The translations under genes and the position numbers were made by a program. Source: Ostreococcus lucimarinus (Eukaryota). Taken from it: 64,000 nt of DNA. The notes below the pieces were generated by a model that was not told where the DNA came from, did not search any database, and saw only the letters and a program-made list of their open reading frames with translations. Shown piece after piece: positions 1 through 9,839 of this stretch (positions are counted from its first letter, which is position 1; each line of letters opens with the position of its first letter). The stretch lies in the NCBI GenBank assembly GCA_000092065.1, contig CP000581.1, one strand, 5' to 3'.

Positions 1-161
1 CCCTAAACCCTAAACCCTAAACCCTAAACCCTAAACCCTAAACCCTAAACCCTAAACCCTAAACCCTAAACCCTAAACCCTAAACCCTAAACCCTAAACC
101 CTAAACCCTAAACCCTAAACCCTAAACCCTAAACCCTAAACCCTAAACCCTAAACCCTAAA
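1..161. repeat. Telomeric repeat array of 23 perfect (CCCTAAA) units (TTTAGGG on the opposite strand); left chromosome end
   Basis: Perfect heptamer tandem repeat read directly from position 1. The C-rich strand runs 5'->3' into the chromosome, as expected for a left telomere. TTTAGGG is the plant-type telomere unit. Confidence 0.95.
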
Positions 162-216
162 AACCGAACCCTAGTCATCCAAACCCTCGTTTATCCCGCC
201 CTCACTAACGTAGTCC
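162..216. repeat. Degenerate telomere-associated repeat remnants
   Basis: Immediately follows the perfect array and contains decayed aaccct units: ccctaaaaaccgaaccctagtcatccaaaccctcg. Confidence 0.5.
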
Positions 217-938
217 TCAACCCAAAACCAGTATCACACATTTCCAAAAAACCCAAACCGCGGCCTACGCCCGCGTCGACGTAAAGGTCCGGGTCGCCGC
301 CGTCACCCAGAGTGCCGCGAAACGCGCGCGTACATAGATGCAAATGCGTGTTTCATGCGTGTGCGCAAAATTCCAGCGTCGTCGACCGCCAGTGTAGTGG
401 TTTCGGTGACCCCTTTACTCGCGCAACTTTCAGGGCGCCAAAAGCGTCATGTTCCAGAGACACTGCTAACCCAAGTTTCTAACCCTAGTTTCAGGGAGGC
501 GCGTTCGAGGGGCGACGCGCTGGGAGACGACGCGGGACGACGACGGCGACGTGGGTGAATCGTTTTGCATTCGTATTTCTTTTATTTCTAGCCCGCGATC
601 GTTCATTCGCGATCCCCGTGTGGTTCGCGCATGTGCATCTTCACCGCGGGAGGATCAATTCTAATTCTACACGTTACATTTCTAAAGCTTCATCGTTCAT
701 TTTCACTCCCGACGCGTGTCACACATGTGCATCTTCACGCGCGCGTCCCAGCGCGACGAGGAATCGCGCGTCTCGCTTCGCGTACAAACATTCGCGCGCA
801 TGCGCGGCGCATGTTCTCGCGTGCGTCGCTCGTGCGCGTGCGCTCACAAACACGTACGCTTGACGCAAGTCGCTCTCGATGAAGCCGCCGCGAAGAAACG
901 AGAAGTAGCACACACTTAGCGTTTTTTAATTCCATAGT

Positions 939-3671
939 TTATGCGAGCTTGAGCAAAAAGTTCGGGTCGTTCGTCGACCCGGGGTACGTGTATAGTTGGA
1001 CGTCGGGTACGCAGATGGAGACGCCGCCAATGTCGACGTCTGTCTTGAGCACGACGTCAATGTCGGTTTTTGGAACTTGGAAGTACGCACCGACGACGAC
1101 ACTGCAATCGACGCCACCAAAACTTGCGCTTGAGCAGCGTTTTGCCCTGTAAGCGTCGTCGTATTCGAAGTTGTCGTTGAACTTGGCGCTCAACGCAGAG
1201 CACGCTTGTGTGCCTTGATTGTTCACAGTCGCGGCCATGTCCGCACCGGCATACGCTCTCTGCTCGGCTTTCATTTTCGGACCACTGCAAACCATGCCAG
1301 GCATACATAATTGCGTGGTGATGTCATTAACAGTTAAGACGAGCCCAACTTGAGCATGTGCATGCAAGTTGGCGTTCAAGTAGGGCGTCAATTCTACCTG
1401 CGGATCTGGGAGCACGGCGTTCAACGTGCCGTCGGTCACTAGTATACCGACTTCCATTCCCGTGACATCGACGCTGTAAGAGAACTCACCTTTCGCTTCT
1501 GCCTGCAAGAAGTACGGCAACGAAAGGTCAGCGCCCAAAGACATCTTCATCGTGAATGGAGTGTACGGAACTGGCAATTCCACCTCGAATGAAGCAGACG
1601 TTGGCAAGCCTTTCACCAGATCAAGCACGTTGCCAGATTTGAATGCAGACGCTTGCGCCTCGACGGCGAATTCCACGTGAAGCTTCGTGAACAAAACTGC
1701 TTTCATCGTGAAATCCTTGAGGGCCTGCATCGCATCGATAAGTTCCTGCTTGGCGGCGTCTGCAGCGTCCTGCAGGACGGCATCGCCAAGCTGCGCGTGC
1801 ATGTGTGGAAACTGCGTGATTGTATCTGGCTTTTCAAGCCAAGGATCTTCCAAGAGTGCGGTGCGTACTTTTGCGACTTGCAGCAAAACAAGGTGCTCGA
1901 CTCTATCCAGAAACTGATCGTGTACATTTTCAGCGTACTTGAGATGCGCGCTGCTCGCGGCGTGCACAGCGCGAAGGTGTTCCGCATGCGTCTCGATCTC
2001 ATCAGAAAGCAGCTTCCGGCCGCTGAGAGACTGCGTGACAGAGTTGAGCTTGGATTTCACAGTGTTTGCTGTGTCCTTCGCCGTATTTACGGAAGATTTC
2101 AGTGCGTCGATCGGACTCATCATAGAATCTTTAACTTCGTCCGCGGCGTCCAAGGCGCCGTCTCCAATTGATTGAAACAGAGGTTTGAAAAAAGCCATGA
2201 ACGCGTCGAGTATCCCCGTCGCCACTTTTTTGGGGAATAAGAACTCACTTATTTCAAAGCCCATGGTCCAGGACGGATCTGGAAATCCAGCCGTGAGGGT
2301 TGCTGGCGCGAAAGGACTGTCACCAAGCTTTTTCGGCCACGGCATGTCGTAAGATAGATCGACCAATGAAGCGGGTAGAATCTCCTCAAGAGGCAGGGAG
2401 ATGGTGAGCTCTGGTGTCCCACATTTGCCCCCGAGGTTCGCTTGCTCCTCGCTCGGAATGTGCGTTTCCTCTCTGCCAAGAGCGTCGCGGATCATCGCAC
2501 GCACGCGGTTATGAGCCAAAACCGTCGAAAAATGGTCACTCTTGCCGTTCACCACTCGGGATCCAGCTTCTGCGCTGCTCGCACCGAGTGACGCAGTTTT
2601 GAGAGCGCCCGTTATCTGACTGAGGAACTCATCTGCGTCAGCCGGAAACGCTTCGCTGATGAGTTGGTTGACAACTTTGTTCACCGCGTTTGGAATGCTC
2701 TTGGAGACGTCCTCAATCTTACTCGCGATCTCGTTCGCCTTGTTCGGGATCGCGGTGGTGAGATCGTTGATGACGTCATTAATATCGTTGATGGTGGTGG
2801 TGACGGCAGACTCGGCGTTTTTAATCGCACCAACCGTAGAGTCATACGCGGCGGTGAGCGCCGGATCGACGATGCACTTCGTGTTCGAATCACGAGCCAC
2901 AAAAAACGGCGCGCACGCATCGCATTTGCCAGTCGTAACGGTCGCGGCCTTCGTGCACCTGAATGACCATTTGTAAGGTATGTCCTGACACGCTCCGGGA
3001 GTGCATCCACCTCCGCAGCGTCTTTTGCATACCGTTCTACATCTATATCTTCTTCTTCTTCTTCTGCAGCGCACCGCTGTTCTGCAGCAAAAAGTAGGAG
3101 CACAAATTCGAGGGGCACAGATTCTGCGCGTCGCGCAGGTACCCTTGCTACCCGATGGAACATATCCGAGCGCGCACGCAGGAACAGTGGAGCAAGTTCC
3201 CTGGTACGAGCACGACCGAACCGCCAATTGCGGAACGGCGCAGTTCGCGGGAGCGCTACCACTGCTGATTGAACAGGCACCGAGCGTCGCCGATGCGTTT
3301 CCTGTCGCGGGTGATTCAAAATATTCAATCTCCTTCGATCCACCCAGAGAGGCTGCAGAAGCTGTCGAACGCCCGAAAAGCTTGTCGACGCGCATCCGCG
3401 TCACCGCGGCGTAGTACCGCGCGTAGCCCACTCCGACCGCTCCGACCGACGACACCACGTGGGCGGCGCTGACATCGGTGAAAAACTGACAAAACCCAAG
3501 CACAGCGACGCAAGCCGCGAGAAGCGCGCCGAACAACGCGCGCGCCCGACCCGAACGTCGCGAAACCGTGCGAACGCCCGCGCTCGTCGATGCCGACGCA
3601 TCGGGAATCGCCCCATACTTCACTACCGAGACGCGCGCGATCGAGGCGCGTTCATCAGCCATCGTCGTCAT
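939..3671 (-). CDS. Large subtelomeric membrane-anchored protein, paralog A (910 aa). It has an N-terminal signal-anchor, an amphipathic helical repeat region, a Cys/Arg-rich insert, a conserved PWPKKLG core and a beta-rich C-terminal domain. Family unknown.
   Basis: Continuous 910-codon ORF with high GC3. The ALFGALLAACVAVLGF hydrophobic anchor lies near the N-terminus. The protein is collinear with the divergent downstream gene at about 30% identity: YDMPWPKKLGDSPFAPATL~YEMPWPKKLGSSPFSPAKF, GRKLLSDEIETHAEHLR~GRRLLSEEDIAEHHHELR, GAYFQVPK~GAYYQVPK. Confidence 0.7.
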   Translation of the reverse strand: MTTMADERASIARVSVVKYGAIPDASASTSAGVRTVSRRSGRARALFGALLAACVAVLGFCQFFTDVSAAHVVSSVGAVGVGYARYYAAVTRMRVDKLFGRSTASAASLGGSKEIEYFESPATGNASATLGACSISSGSAPANCAVPQLAVRSCSYQGTCSTVPACALGYVPSGSKGTCATRRICAPRICAPTFCCRTAVRCRRRRRRYRCRTVCKRRCGGGCTPGACQDIPYKWSFRCTKAATVTTGKCDACAPFFVARDSNTKCIVDPALTAAYDSTVGAIKNAESAVTTTINDINDVINDLTTAIPNKANEIASKIEDVSKSIPNAVNKVVNQLISEAFPADADEFLSQITGALKTASLGASSAEAGSRVVNGKSDHFSTVLAHNRVRAMIRDALGREETHIPSEEQANLGGKCGTPELTISLPLEEILPASLVDLSYDMPWPKKLGDSPFAPATLTAGFPDPSWTMGFEISEFLFPKKVATGILDAFMAFFKPLFQSIGDGALDAADEVKDSMMSPIDALKSSVNTAKDTANTVKSKLNSVTQSLSGRKLLSDEIETHAEHLRAVHAASSAHLKYAENVHDQFLDRVEHLVLLQVAKVRTALLEDPWLEKPDTITQFPHMHAQLGDAVLQDAADAAKQELIDAMQALKDFTMKAVLFTKLHVEFAVEAQASAFKSGNVLDLVKGLPTSASFEVELPVPYTPFTMKMSLGADLSLPYFLQAEAKGEFSYSVDVTGMEVGILVTDGTLNAVLPDPQVELTPYLNANLHAHAQVGLVLTVNDITTQLCMPGMVCSGPKMKAEQRAYAGADMAATVNNQGTQACSALSAKFNDNFEYDDAYRAKRCSSASFGGVDCSVVVGAYFQVPKTDIDVVLKTDVDIGGVSICVPDVQLYTYPGSTNDPNFLLKLA

Positions 3672-3845
3672 GACTGCGCGCGACGAGACAATCCTTCGGC
3701 GCGGAGGTCACGCGACGCGCGCGCGCACCGAAGTCACGACCGACTCGCGTCGCCCAACAGTCTCGCCGACAAAAAGGGTGTTGACGCACATCACGAGCTA
3801 TTCACATATATTAAGACGTTTTGCACTAATAAACGCGTAACGGCT
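3672..3845. promoter_or_regulatory. Putative bidirectional promoter between the head-to-head paralogs; AT-rich island with a TATA-like element
   Basis: A 174-bp interval lies between the two divergent start codons at 3671 (-) and 3846 (+). A local AT-rich patch (ttcacatatattaagacgttttgcactaataaacg) carries atatatta at 3806-3813, about 35 bp upstream of the + strand ATG. Confidence 0.4.
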
Positions 3846-6299
3846 ATGATTTTTAAAACACGTCGATTGAATTGCGCGAGACGCGCGGGCGACGCCAATC
3901 CGCGACGTCGCGACGTCGCGAGCGGCGCAGCGATGGGTGGACGCCGATGTTTTTGCTCGCGATCCTCGCCCGTGGGCGTCGGGGCGCCCGCGCCCGCGCG
4001 GCGGCGGCGGCGGTGCGCGCGGGCATTCGGTGCGCGGGTGCTGTTCGTGTTGATGCTCAGTGGGTGCGGGCGCGCGTCGGGTGCGTCTGCGGCGCGCGGG
4101 CGGGCGGCGGCGGCGACGGCGGAGACGACGACGACGACGACGCCCAGGGTGCGGGCGAGCCGTGTCGACGTCTCGCACCAGCGCTCCGATCTCGGTGATT
4201 TCATAAGTGACTTGAGGGACAACATCAATCGCGTGGAAAATTTGTTCAACGCGGGTAAGAACGCGTTCAATCAAGTTGGCGCGGCGTTCGACGACTTGAG
4301 CAGGGACATACAATCCTTCCCAGGGAAAGTTAATGGTGTGAAGAATGAAGTTGGCAAGCTCGTCGGAACCATCGGTGATAAGGTTGAAGGTTTCTTGGAA
4401 GAAGTGTACGGAAAGCTCTTTCCGACAGACGCTGGTTCCATGGTGAACGATATCGCTGGTAAGTTTTCGCCAACGGCGTCTCTGGGAGAAGGTCGCGACG
4501 GACCGTATTTTGAAGATACATCCGCGATCGGTGGTCTCGTTCGAAGACTCAATCAAGACGTTCTCAGAGATGATCTTCGCCGCGTTCTGTATAACGATTA
4601 CGCCTCACAACTTGGCGCCGCACATAAACGCGCAGCCGAGCTCGGCTGCTCAACCTTGCCCGCAAATACAACCGACGGGGAGGCGGCAAAACTTGGATGT
4701 ACTTCCATCAAGAGTCTGAGCCAAGTATGCTACGACGCCCCGATGCGCGATTTGTTTCCTGAATCGGCATTTTCACAAGAATACGAGATGCCTTGGCCTA
4801 AGAAATTGGGAAGCTCTCCGTTTTCACCCGCGAAATTTGACGTTGGATTTCCAGTCGCCTCGTGGGAAACGTGCGCTGGCATAAACAAGTTCAACATTCC
4901 AACCAAAGTCGCCACAGATCTCATTAACGCGTTTCGACTCTTCTTTGGCGCCTTGTTTGATGGCATACAGGAAGGCGCGACGGAGGCGGCGACCGAGGCG
5001 AAGAACGCAATCATGGTTCCAGTCAACGCCATCGACGCGCAAATTGCAGTAATCAACAACCACTTGAAAACAGCGCAGGACCACATGAACAGTATTTCAC
5101 GCGTGTTCGGTGGAAGGCGTTTGCTTTCCGAAGAAGATATCGCTGAACATCACCACGAACTTCGTCGACACACGGAGGCTTTGGCTGCTTCCATCGCACA
5201 TGCCGATTTTGTGTACAAATCACAAATGCAACGCATCGAAGATCAAGTCTTGCTGGGTCTCGAACAAATCAGAGAAGTACTCATTCTCGATCCTTTGCTC
5301 CAGGATCCGAAGAAAATGGCCAATTTCCCGGATTACGGTGCCCTCTTGGAAAGGCGCGCAAGAAAAATGGGTGTTGAGCACGATACCGCTGAGCTTGGCG
5401 ATGCGGTTGAGAAACTGCGATCTGCGCGACGAGCGCTCACGAGCGCAATGGCAGAACTTAAAAACACCGATCTCGATATCGGCGTCTCATCGGATCTCGA
5501 GCTCACGCTCGAGGCGACGCTCAAGGGCGATGCTTTCGTACAAGGTGATTTCTTCGAGTCCATCATGGAGAAGACCAAGAAGCCAATCGAGAATCCTACC
5601 GTGATAAGGAAACAAGTTATGGGCGCTTATGGCTTCTATGTCAACTTGGCTTTTGGCGTTGGCTTCAAGTTGCCGTACTTCGCAAAGGCTGACGCAGAGG
5701 CCAAGCTCCGATATGGACTTTCGATTCCTGATATGAAGATTGGAATCAAGAGCGAAAAAGGACAGTTCTCCGTCTACTTTAACCCTCCGCAGCCGCACCT
5801 CGACGAAGACGGGCTCGAAGCGTCTGTATCGGCGCACCTTCAAGTCGGCGCCGAGCTCGAGATACCAATGGTGCAAATCGAGTTGTGCTGGGCTGGAGCG
5901 ATTTGCTCTGGTCCCGAAGTGTACTTCTCTCAAGGTGCTCAAGTCGGTCTGGACATGTTCGCAGCTGCCATGAACACCCCACCACCGTGTTTCGATGGTG
6001 AAACCACGCTTGCGACGTATTTCACCGATTTTGACTATCCAAGTAAGCCCGCTACGTGTTCGCTTACGGGTTCCGGTATGGCGGCGGGCGTTGGCGCGTA
6101 CTATCAAGTACCAAAGCCTGATGCGCTCGTCAAACTCGTCACGACGATCAGTTCGCCGTGTGAAGTTGACGTCCCGGATGTCGTTCTTTACAAATCCAGC
6201 AAGGAGGACGGCTTTTTCGCTCAAGGGGAAATTTTCCCACCTCAATGCGGCGCTGACATCGAGGCTGGCTCGGAACCCCCGCCAGATAAGTGTGGGTAG
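3846..6299 (+). CDS. Large subtelomeric membrane-anchored protein, paralog B (about 817 aa from the ATG at 3846). Same architecture as paralog A but without the Cys/Arg insert.
   Basis: The ORF runs to 6299. The upstream part of the ORF track (3459-3845) overlaps gene A on the other strand, so I place the start at the first ATG after it (3846). An alternative start is at 3933. The R-rich segment followed by hydrophobic VLFVLMLSGC is signal-anchor-like. It shares the PWPKKLG core, helical repeats and a C-terminal beta-rich domain with paralog A. Confidence 0.7.
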   Translation: MIFKTRRLNCARRAGDANPRRRDVASGAAMGGRRCFCSRSSPVGVGAPAPARRRRRCARAFGARVLFVLMLSGCGRASGASAARGRAAAATAETTTTTTPRVRASRVDVSHQRSDLGDFISDLRDNINRVENLFNAGKNAFNQVGAAFDDLSRDIQSFPGKVNGVKNEVGKLVGTIGDKVEGFLEEVYGKLFPTDAGSMVNDIAGKFSPTASLGEGRDGPYFEDTSAIGGLVRRLNQDVLRDDLRRVLYNDYASQLGAAHKRAAELGCSTLPANTTDGEAAKLGCTSIKSLSQVCYDAPMRDLFPESAFSQEYEMPWPKKLGSSPFSPAKFDVGFPVASWETCAGINKFNIPTKVATDLINAFRLFFGALFDGIQEGATEAATEAKNAIMVPVNAIDAQIAVINNHLKTAQDHMNSISRVFGGRRLLSEEDIAEHHHELRRHTEALAASIAHADFVYKSQMQRIEDQVLLGLEQIREVLILDPLLQDPKKMANFPDYGALLERRARKMGVEHDTAELGDAVEKLRSARRALTSAMAELKNTDLDIGVSSDLELTLEATLKGDAFVQGDFFESIMEKTKKPIENPTVIRKQVMGAYGFYVNLAFGVGFKLPYFAKADAEAKLRYGLSIPDMKIGIKSEKGQFSVYFNPPQPHLDEDGLEASVSAHLQVGAELEIPMVQIELCWAGAICSGPEVYFSQGAQVGLDMFAAAMNTPPPCFDGETTLATYFTDFDYPSKPATCSLTGSGMAAGVGAYYQVPKPDALVKLVTTISSPCEVDVPDVVLYKSSKEDGFFAQGEIFPPQCGADIEAGSEPPPDKCG

Positions 6300-6542
6300 A
6301 GTCAAACGAGAAACCTCTTTTTCATCCAACTCACCGGCCTCGCGTAGCAGCTTGCCCCGAGTAAAATACATACACAGAAGACATACATACGTGTTCCCAA
6401 ACCAGACGCTCGGCCTCCGCCGTCAGTTGTTTCCGTCGCCGCGATGTCCGGTTGTTGCGTAGTCGCACTCGAGGTGGACGCTCGCGAGTGTCTCTTCGGC
6501 GGGTCCCGCCCGCGTTGTCTTTCGCCTCCTTTCCAGGCGAAA

Positions 6543-6631
6543 GACTGTTTTCGAAAAAGTTGAAAGTTGAAATTGACTGTTTGCGAAAAAGTTGAAAGTT
6601 GAAATTGACAAAAAAGACTGTTTTCCGAGCG
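6543..6631. repeat. 32-bp tandem direct repeat (2 full copies plus a partial third) in an AT-rich island 3' of paralog B
   Basis: gactgttttcgaaaaagttgaaagttgaaatt at 6543-6574 is repeated with one mismatch at 6575-6606, then a partial copy follows. Each unit has an internal doubled gttgaaa. An 8-bp-stem hairpin, taccgtcg(caccgta)cgacggta, follows near 6643-6665. Confidence 0.85.
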
Positions 6632-7023
6632 TCAGCTCCTATACCGTCGCACCGTACGACGGTAGCACGGACGTACTTTTGATTGACGCCCGCTCGTCGC
6701 GCACCGCATCTTGAGGCGTCGAAACCGCCGAGAGTCGCCGCGCGATGGCGAAGAGAGCGCATGCAGAGAGCGCGCCCGCGACGCCGACGGTATCGGCGCG
6801 CGCGAGTGACCATCCGAGCGTCGCGCCACGCGTTTTGTAAACGCGTGCGGGCCAAGGTGTCGGTGTTACGGCACTTAGTGTTACGGACGACATGTATCAT
6901 ATCGATATCAGCTGTTCAGGCGAGGTTTCGTATGACAAAAGAGTGACGATCGGACCGACGGGCGATCCTTATTAAATATGGGAGTTCACAGTATTTACAG
7001 CGCGTACGTAAACCCTCGTTTGA

Positions 7024-7147
7024 ATGCGCGTCAGCGCGGTGCGTCTTCGTCTGCGCGTCGCGTCGCCCGGGCGCGCCGCTGACGCGCGCGCGCGAGGGAC
7101 GCGACGCATGACGCGCGCGAAGGATGCGATCGTCGTCGACGACGGGA

Positions 7148-7180
<33 letters not shown>

Positions 7181-8961
7181 TGCTCGCGGCGTCGACGCCC
7201 CGAGCGACGACGTTCGGGGAACGCGCGAACGCGCGCGTCCGCGCGTTTGACGATTTCACCGCGGCGTTCGTCGCGACCGAGTCGCTGGACGTGTCGGGGG
7301 GACCACGGGACGGCGCTCGGGGAAACGCCGCGGCGCGGTGGAGCGACGAAGCGTTCGCGCGCGCGATTCGGTGCGAATTGCGCGAACCGGACGCGAGCGA
7401 TGGATTCAGACGCGCGCCCAGGGGCGAACATCTCGCCAGACTCGCGACGACGGCGACGTCTGCGCGACGAAGAGCGACGAAGCGCGAGGCGGCCATCGCG
7501 CGCGAGGCGGTTTCCATTTTACGCTTGTGTGATGTCGTCGCGCCGGCGACGGCGCTGAGTGCGTCGAACGCCGGTGGCGCGAACGGGTCGTCGGCGAAGA
7601 AGAAGCGACGGCGCGAAGTGGTGGATCTGAGCGAGGCGGACGCGCCAACGGTGGTGACGACGCGCGAAACGTGGACGCCGCTTGAGCACGCGATTCGAGG
7701 CGAAGAGGCCAGTGCGAGCGCACTGAGGTCGCCGGGCGCGGTGCGCGGGCGAGCCGAGCGCGATTGGAAATTTTTCAACCAACTTCTCGACGCGTCGACG
7801 ACGACGAGCGACTCGACGCGCTCGCGCGGAGGCGACGCGTCGAAGACGAGGGGACGTCGTGGCGCCGTGGTGAGCGATTCAGACGACGATGATTCAGAAG
7901 CTAAGGCTGCGCGTGCGTACCGAGACGAAGATCTCGAGAGTGATGACGAAGACGAGACGAACGAGGAATACGCGCGCGTCGGAGCGCGGCTGTTGTTTTT
8001 GCACTCGTGCGCCGTCTTCTTTCGCGACGCGTACGCGCGCGTGTTCGCCGCTGAGTGTCACGGCGCACTTGGCGGAGAAGCGCGGAAACGCGCGGGAGAA
8101 TTGGCGCAAAATGCACTCCTGTATAGACTTGTGGTGGACGTCGCGCCCACGGAGGGCGATCGAAGCGCGTGGTTTGCAAAGATGGTGGATGCGTCGTGCT
8201 TGGGGAGCGAGCGCGCTGCGCTCGTGGCGCCCAGCGACGCCGGCGGCGACGGCAACGAGGCGCCGAGCCAAGGGAAGATGAAGCGATGCAGCGTTTCGCG
8301 CGCGTCCTTAGCGCCTTCGACGAGCGCAGGCGCCGAGGATTGCGGGATGAATGAGGTTTCCTCCGCCGCGCGCGACGTGCTCGAGGCGCTGTCGAGTCTT
8401 CTCGACGCGTGCGAGTCCAGCGATGGTGCGAGCCGGAGGCACGTTAAGATTCGCGTGCAGCTCGAGGATGCCTATGCGGAGGCGTGGAAGTGCACGGGCA
8501 AGGCTCGACTCGAACTCGATGAAGCCAAGCGCGCGTTCATGCGCGAGATTAGACATCCAAAGAATCGATTGACTCGCGCGCGCGAAATTTTAGCGAGACG
8601 CGTCGACCGTCGACACGCCCCTGGGATAATCGAAGGTGGGATGGGAGGCGGCGGTGGTCGTGGCGCGGTGGATGTTTTCAACTACGTGGCGGAAGATGCG
8701 GTGCGTGCGATCAAGGCGCAGCAACACTCCGACGGCTCTGGAGATTACAGATCCGCGGCGGCGGCGCTCGGCGTCATCGTCGGCGCAACCGCGTACGGCG
8801 CTCTCGCTCTCGATCCATCTGCGAGTACGTTCAAACATTCCTTCGCGCGATGTGTCGACGCCTTCGATGTAGAAACCACTCGAAGCGGCGTCATCGATCG
8901 CGACGCGAGCGCGTCCCTGGCTTTGGCTTTGGCGTTCTCGTCAGAAGAATCGGTAGTGTAG
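7024..8961 (+). CDS. Hypothetical acidic low-complexity protein (645 aa; poly-Asp tract)
   Basis: Long GC3-rich ORF. A (GAC)n tract at about 7150-7180 encodes poly-D. No recognisable domain. The antisense ORF 6972-7778 is judged spurious. Confidence 0.45.
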
Positions 8962-9167
8962 ACGTACGAATGCGCGATGGCCGCCGGCGGCGACTCGGAG
9001 ATATAGTAAGTGACCGGACCGTGACCCCTTGGATCCGGCGATTCCAAAAAGTGAAGGGGTCCGTTTTGGAAGAGGAGTGGTGTCGAACCGCAGACGGCGG
9101 CGGTGCGGTGCGCGGCGAGAGGACTCACGAGAGAAGGATGACCGACATCATCTTGTAAAACAATCTG

Positions 9168-9791
9168 CTACGCTTGATATCTCCGACGGCCCTGCAACAG
9201 CGTCTCGCGCTTTCTTCGCTCTCGTTCGTGCTGCGCGCGAAAGTATTGCGCGAACCCGACGAGACGTTGCTTCACGCCTCGCACGACCGCCGGCGATGCC
9301 GCCCACTGCTTTCTATACATGCCATTCACCGCCACCACGTCTATTCGGCCGCTGCTCGCTCGACCTTCCACGGCGGCGTTTTTCGCGACGCCACCCCCGT
9401 CTCTCCTCGGCAACGCGTCGATTCGCGCAGACGACGTCGGCGCGCTAGGGGCGACTTGGAACGCGTCCCCGTCCCACGGAGGCCGCGCGGTGGACGAACA
9501 AAAACGACGACATACTTTTTCGCTTCGTCGACCGCGTCCTCGATCTTTCGCGTCCCAATCAACGTCGTCGTCGTCGTCGTCGCGCGCGTCGAAATCGTCG
9601 GCTAACGACTTCTTCGAATCTTCGGTTGCATCGTCCCCGCGCGCGCGTCGCCGTCGCGAGAGATATCGAGCGATCGTGCGATCGCTTACACTCTCGCCGT
9701 CGTGACCGAGCTTTATCAGCTCGGCGCGCACGTCGTCGACGGTGACGCGATAAAGCGACATCGCGCGCGCGAGTGCGGGCGTCCCAGCCAC
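9168..9791 (-). CDS. Hypothetical protein (207 aa); the N-terminal segment is weakly SAP-like
   Basis: Moderate-length ORF with the segment LYRVTVDDVRAELIKLGHDGESVSDRTIARYL. No firm domain match. Confidence 0.3.
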   Translation of the reverse strand: MAGTPALARAMSLYRVTVDDVRAELIKLGHDGESVSDRTIARYLSRRRRARGDDATEDSKKSLADDFDARDDDDDDVDWDAKDRGRGRRSEKVCRRFCSSTARPPWDGDAFQVAPSAPTSSARIDALPRRDGGGVAKNAAVEGRASSGRIDVVAVNGMYRKQWAASPAVVRGVKQRLVGFAQYFRAQHERERRKRETLLQGRRRYQA

Positions 9792-9839
9792 TCAATCTCC
9801 CGCCGTCACTTCGCATCGACGCGTCGTTCTCCGCGCGAC

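Noticed and set aside
3791-4556. Minus-strand ORFs 3791-4270 and 3798-4556
   Set aside because: They are antisense to paralog B. Their R/P-rich composition comes from the GC-rich 5' region of that gene.
6543-6631. Possible CRISPR-like or prokaryotic repeat array
   Set aside because: There are only 2.5 direct copies with no unique spacers. The context is a eukaryotic nuclear chromosome with a telomere and spliceosomal introns. It is a simple tandem repeat, not a CRISPR array.
6972-7778. 268-aa minus-strand ORF
   Set aside because: It is antisense to the longer 7024-8961 ORF and S/A/R-rich low complexity.
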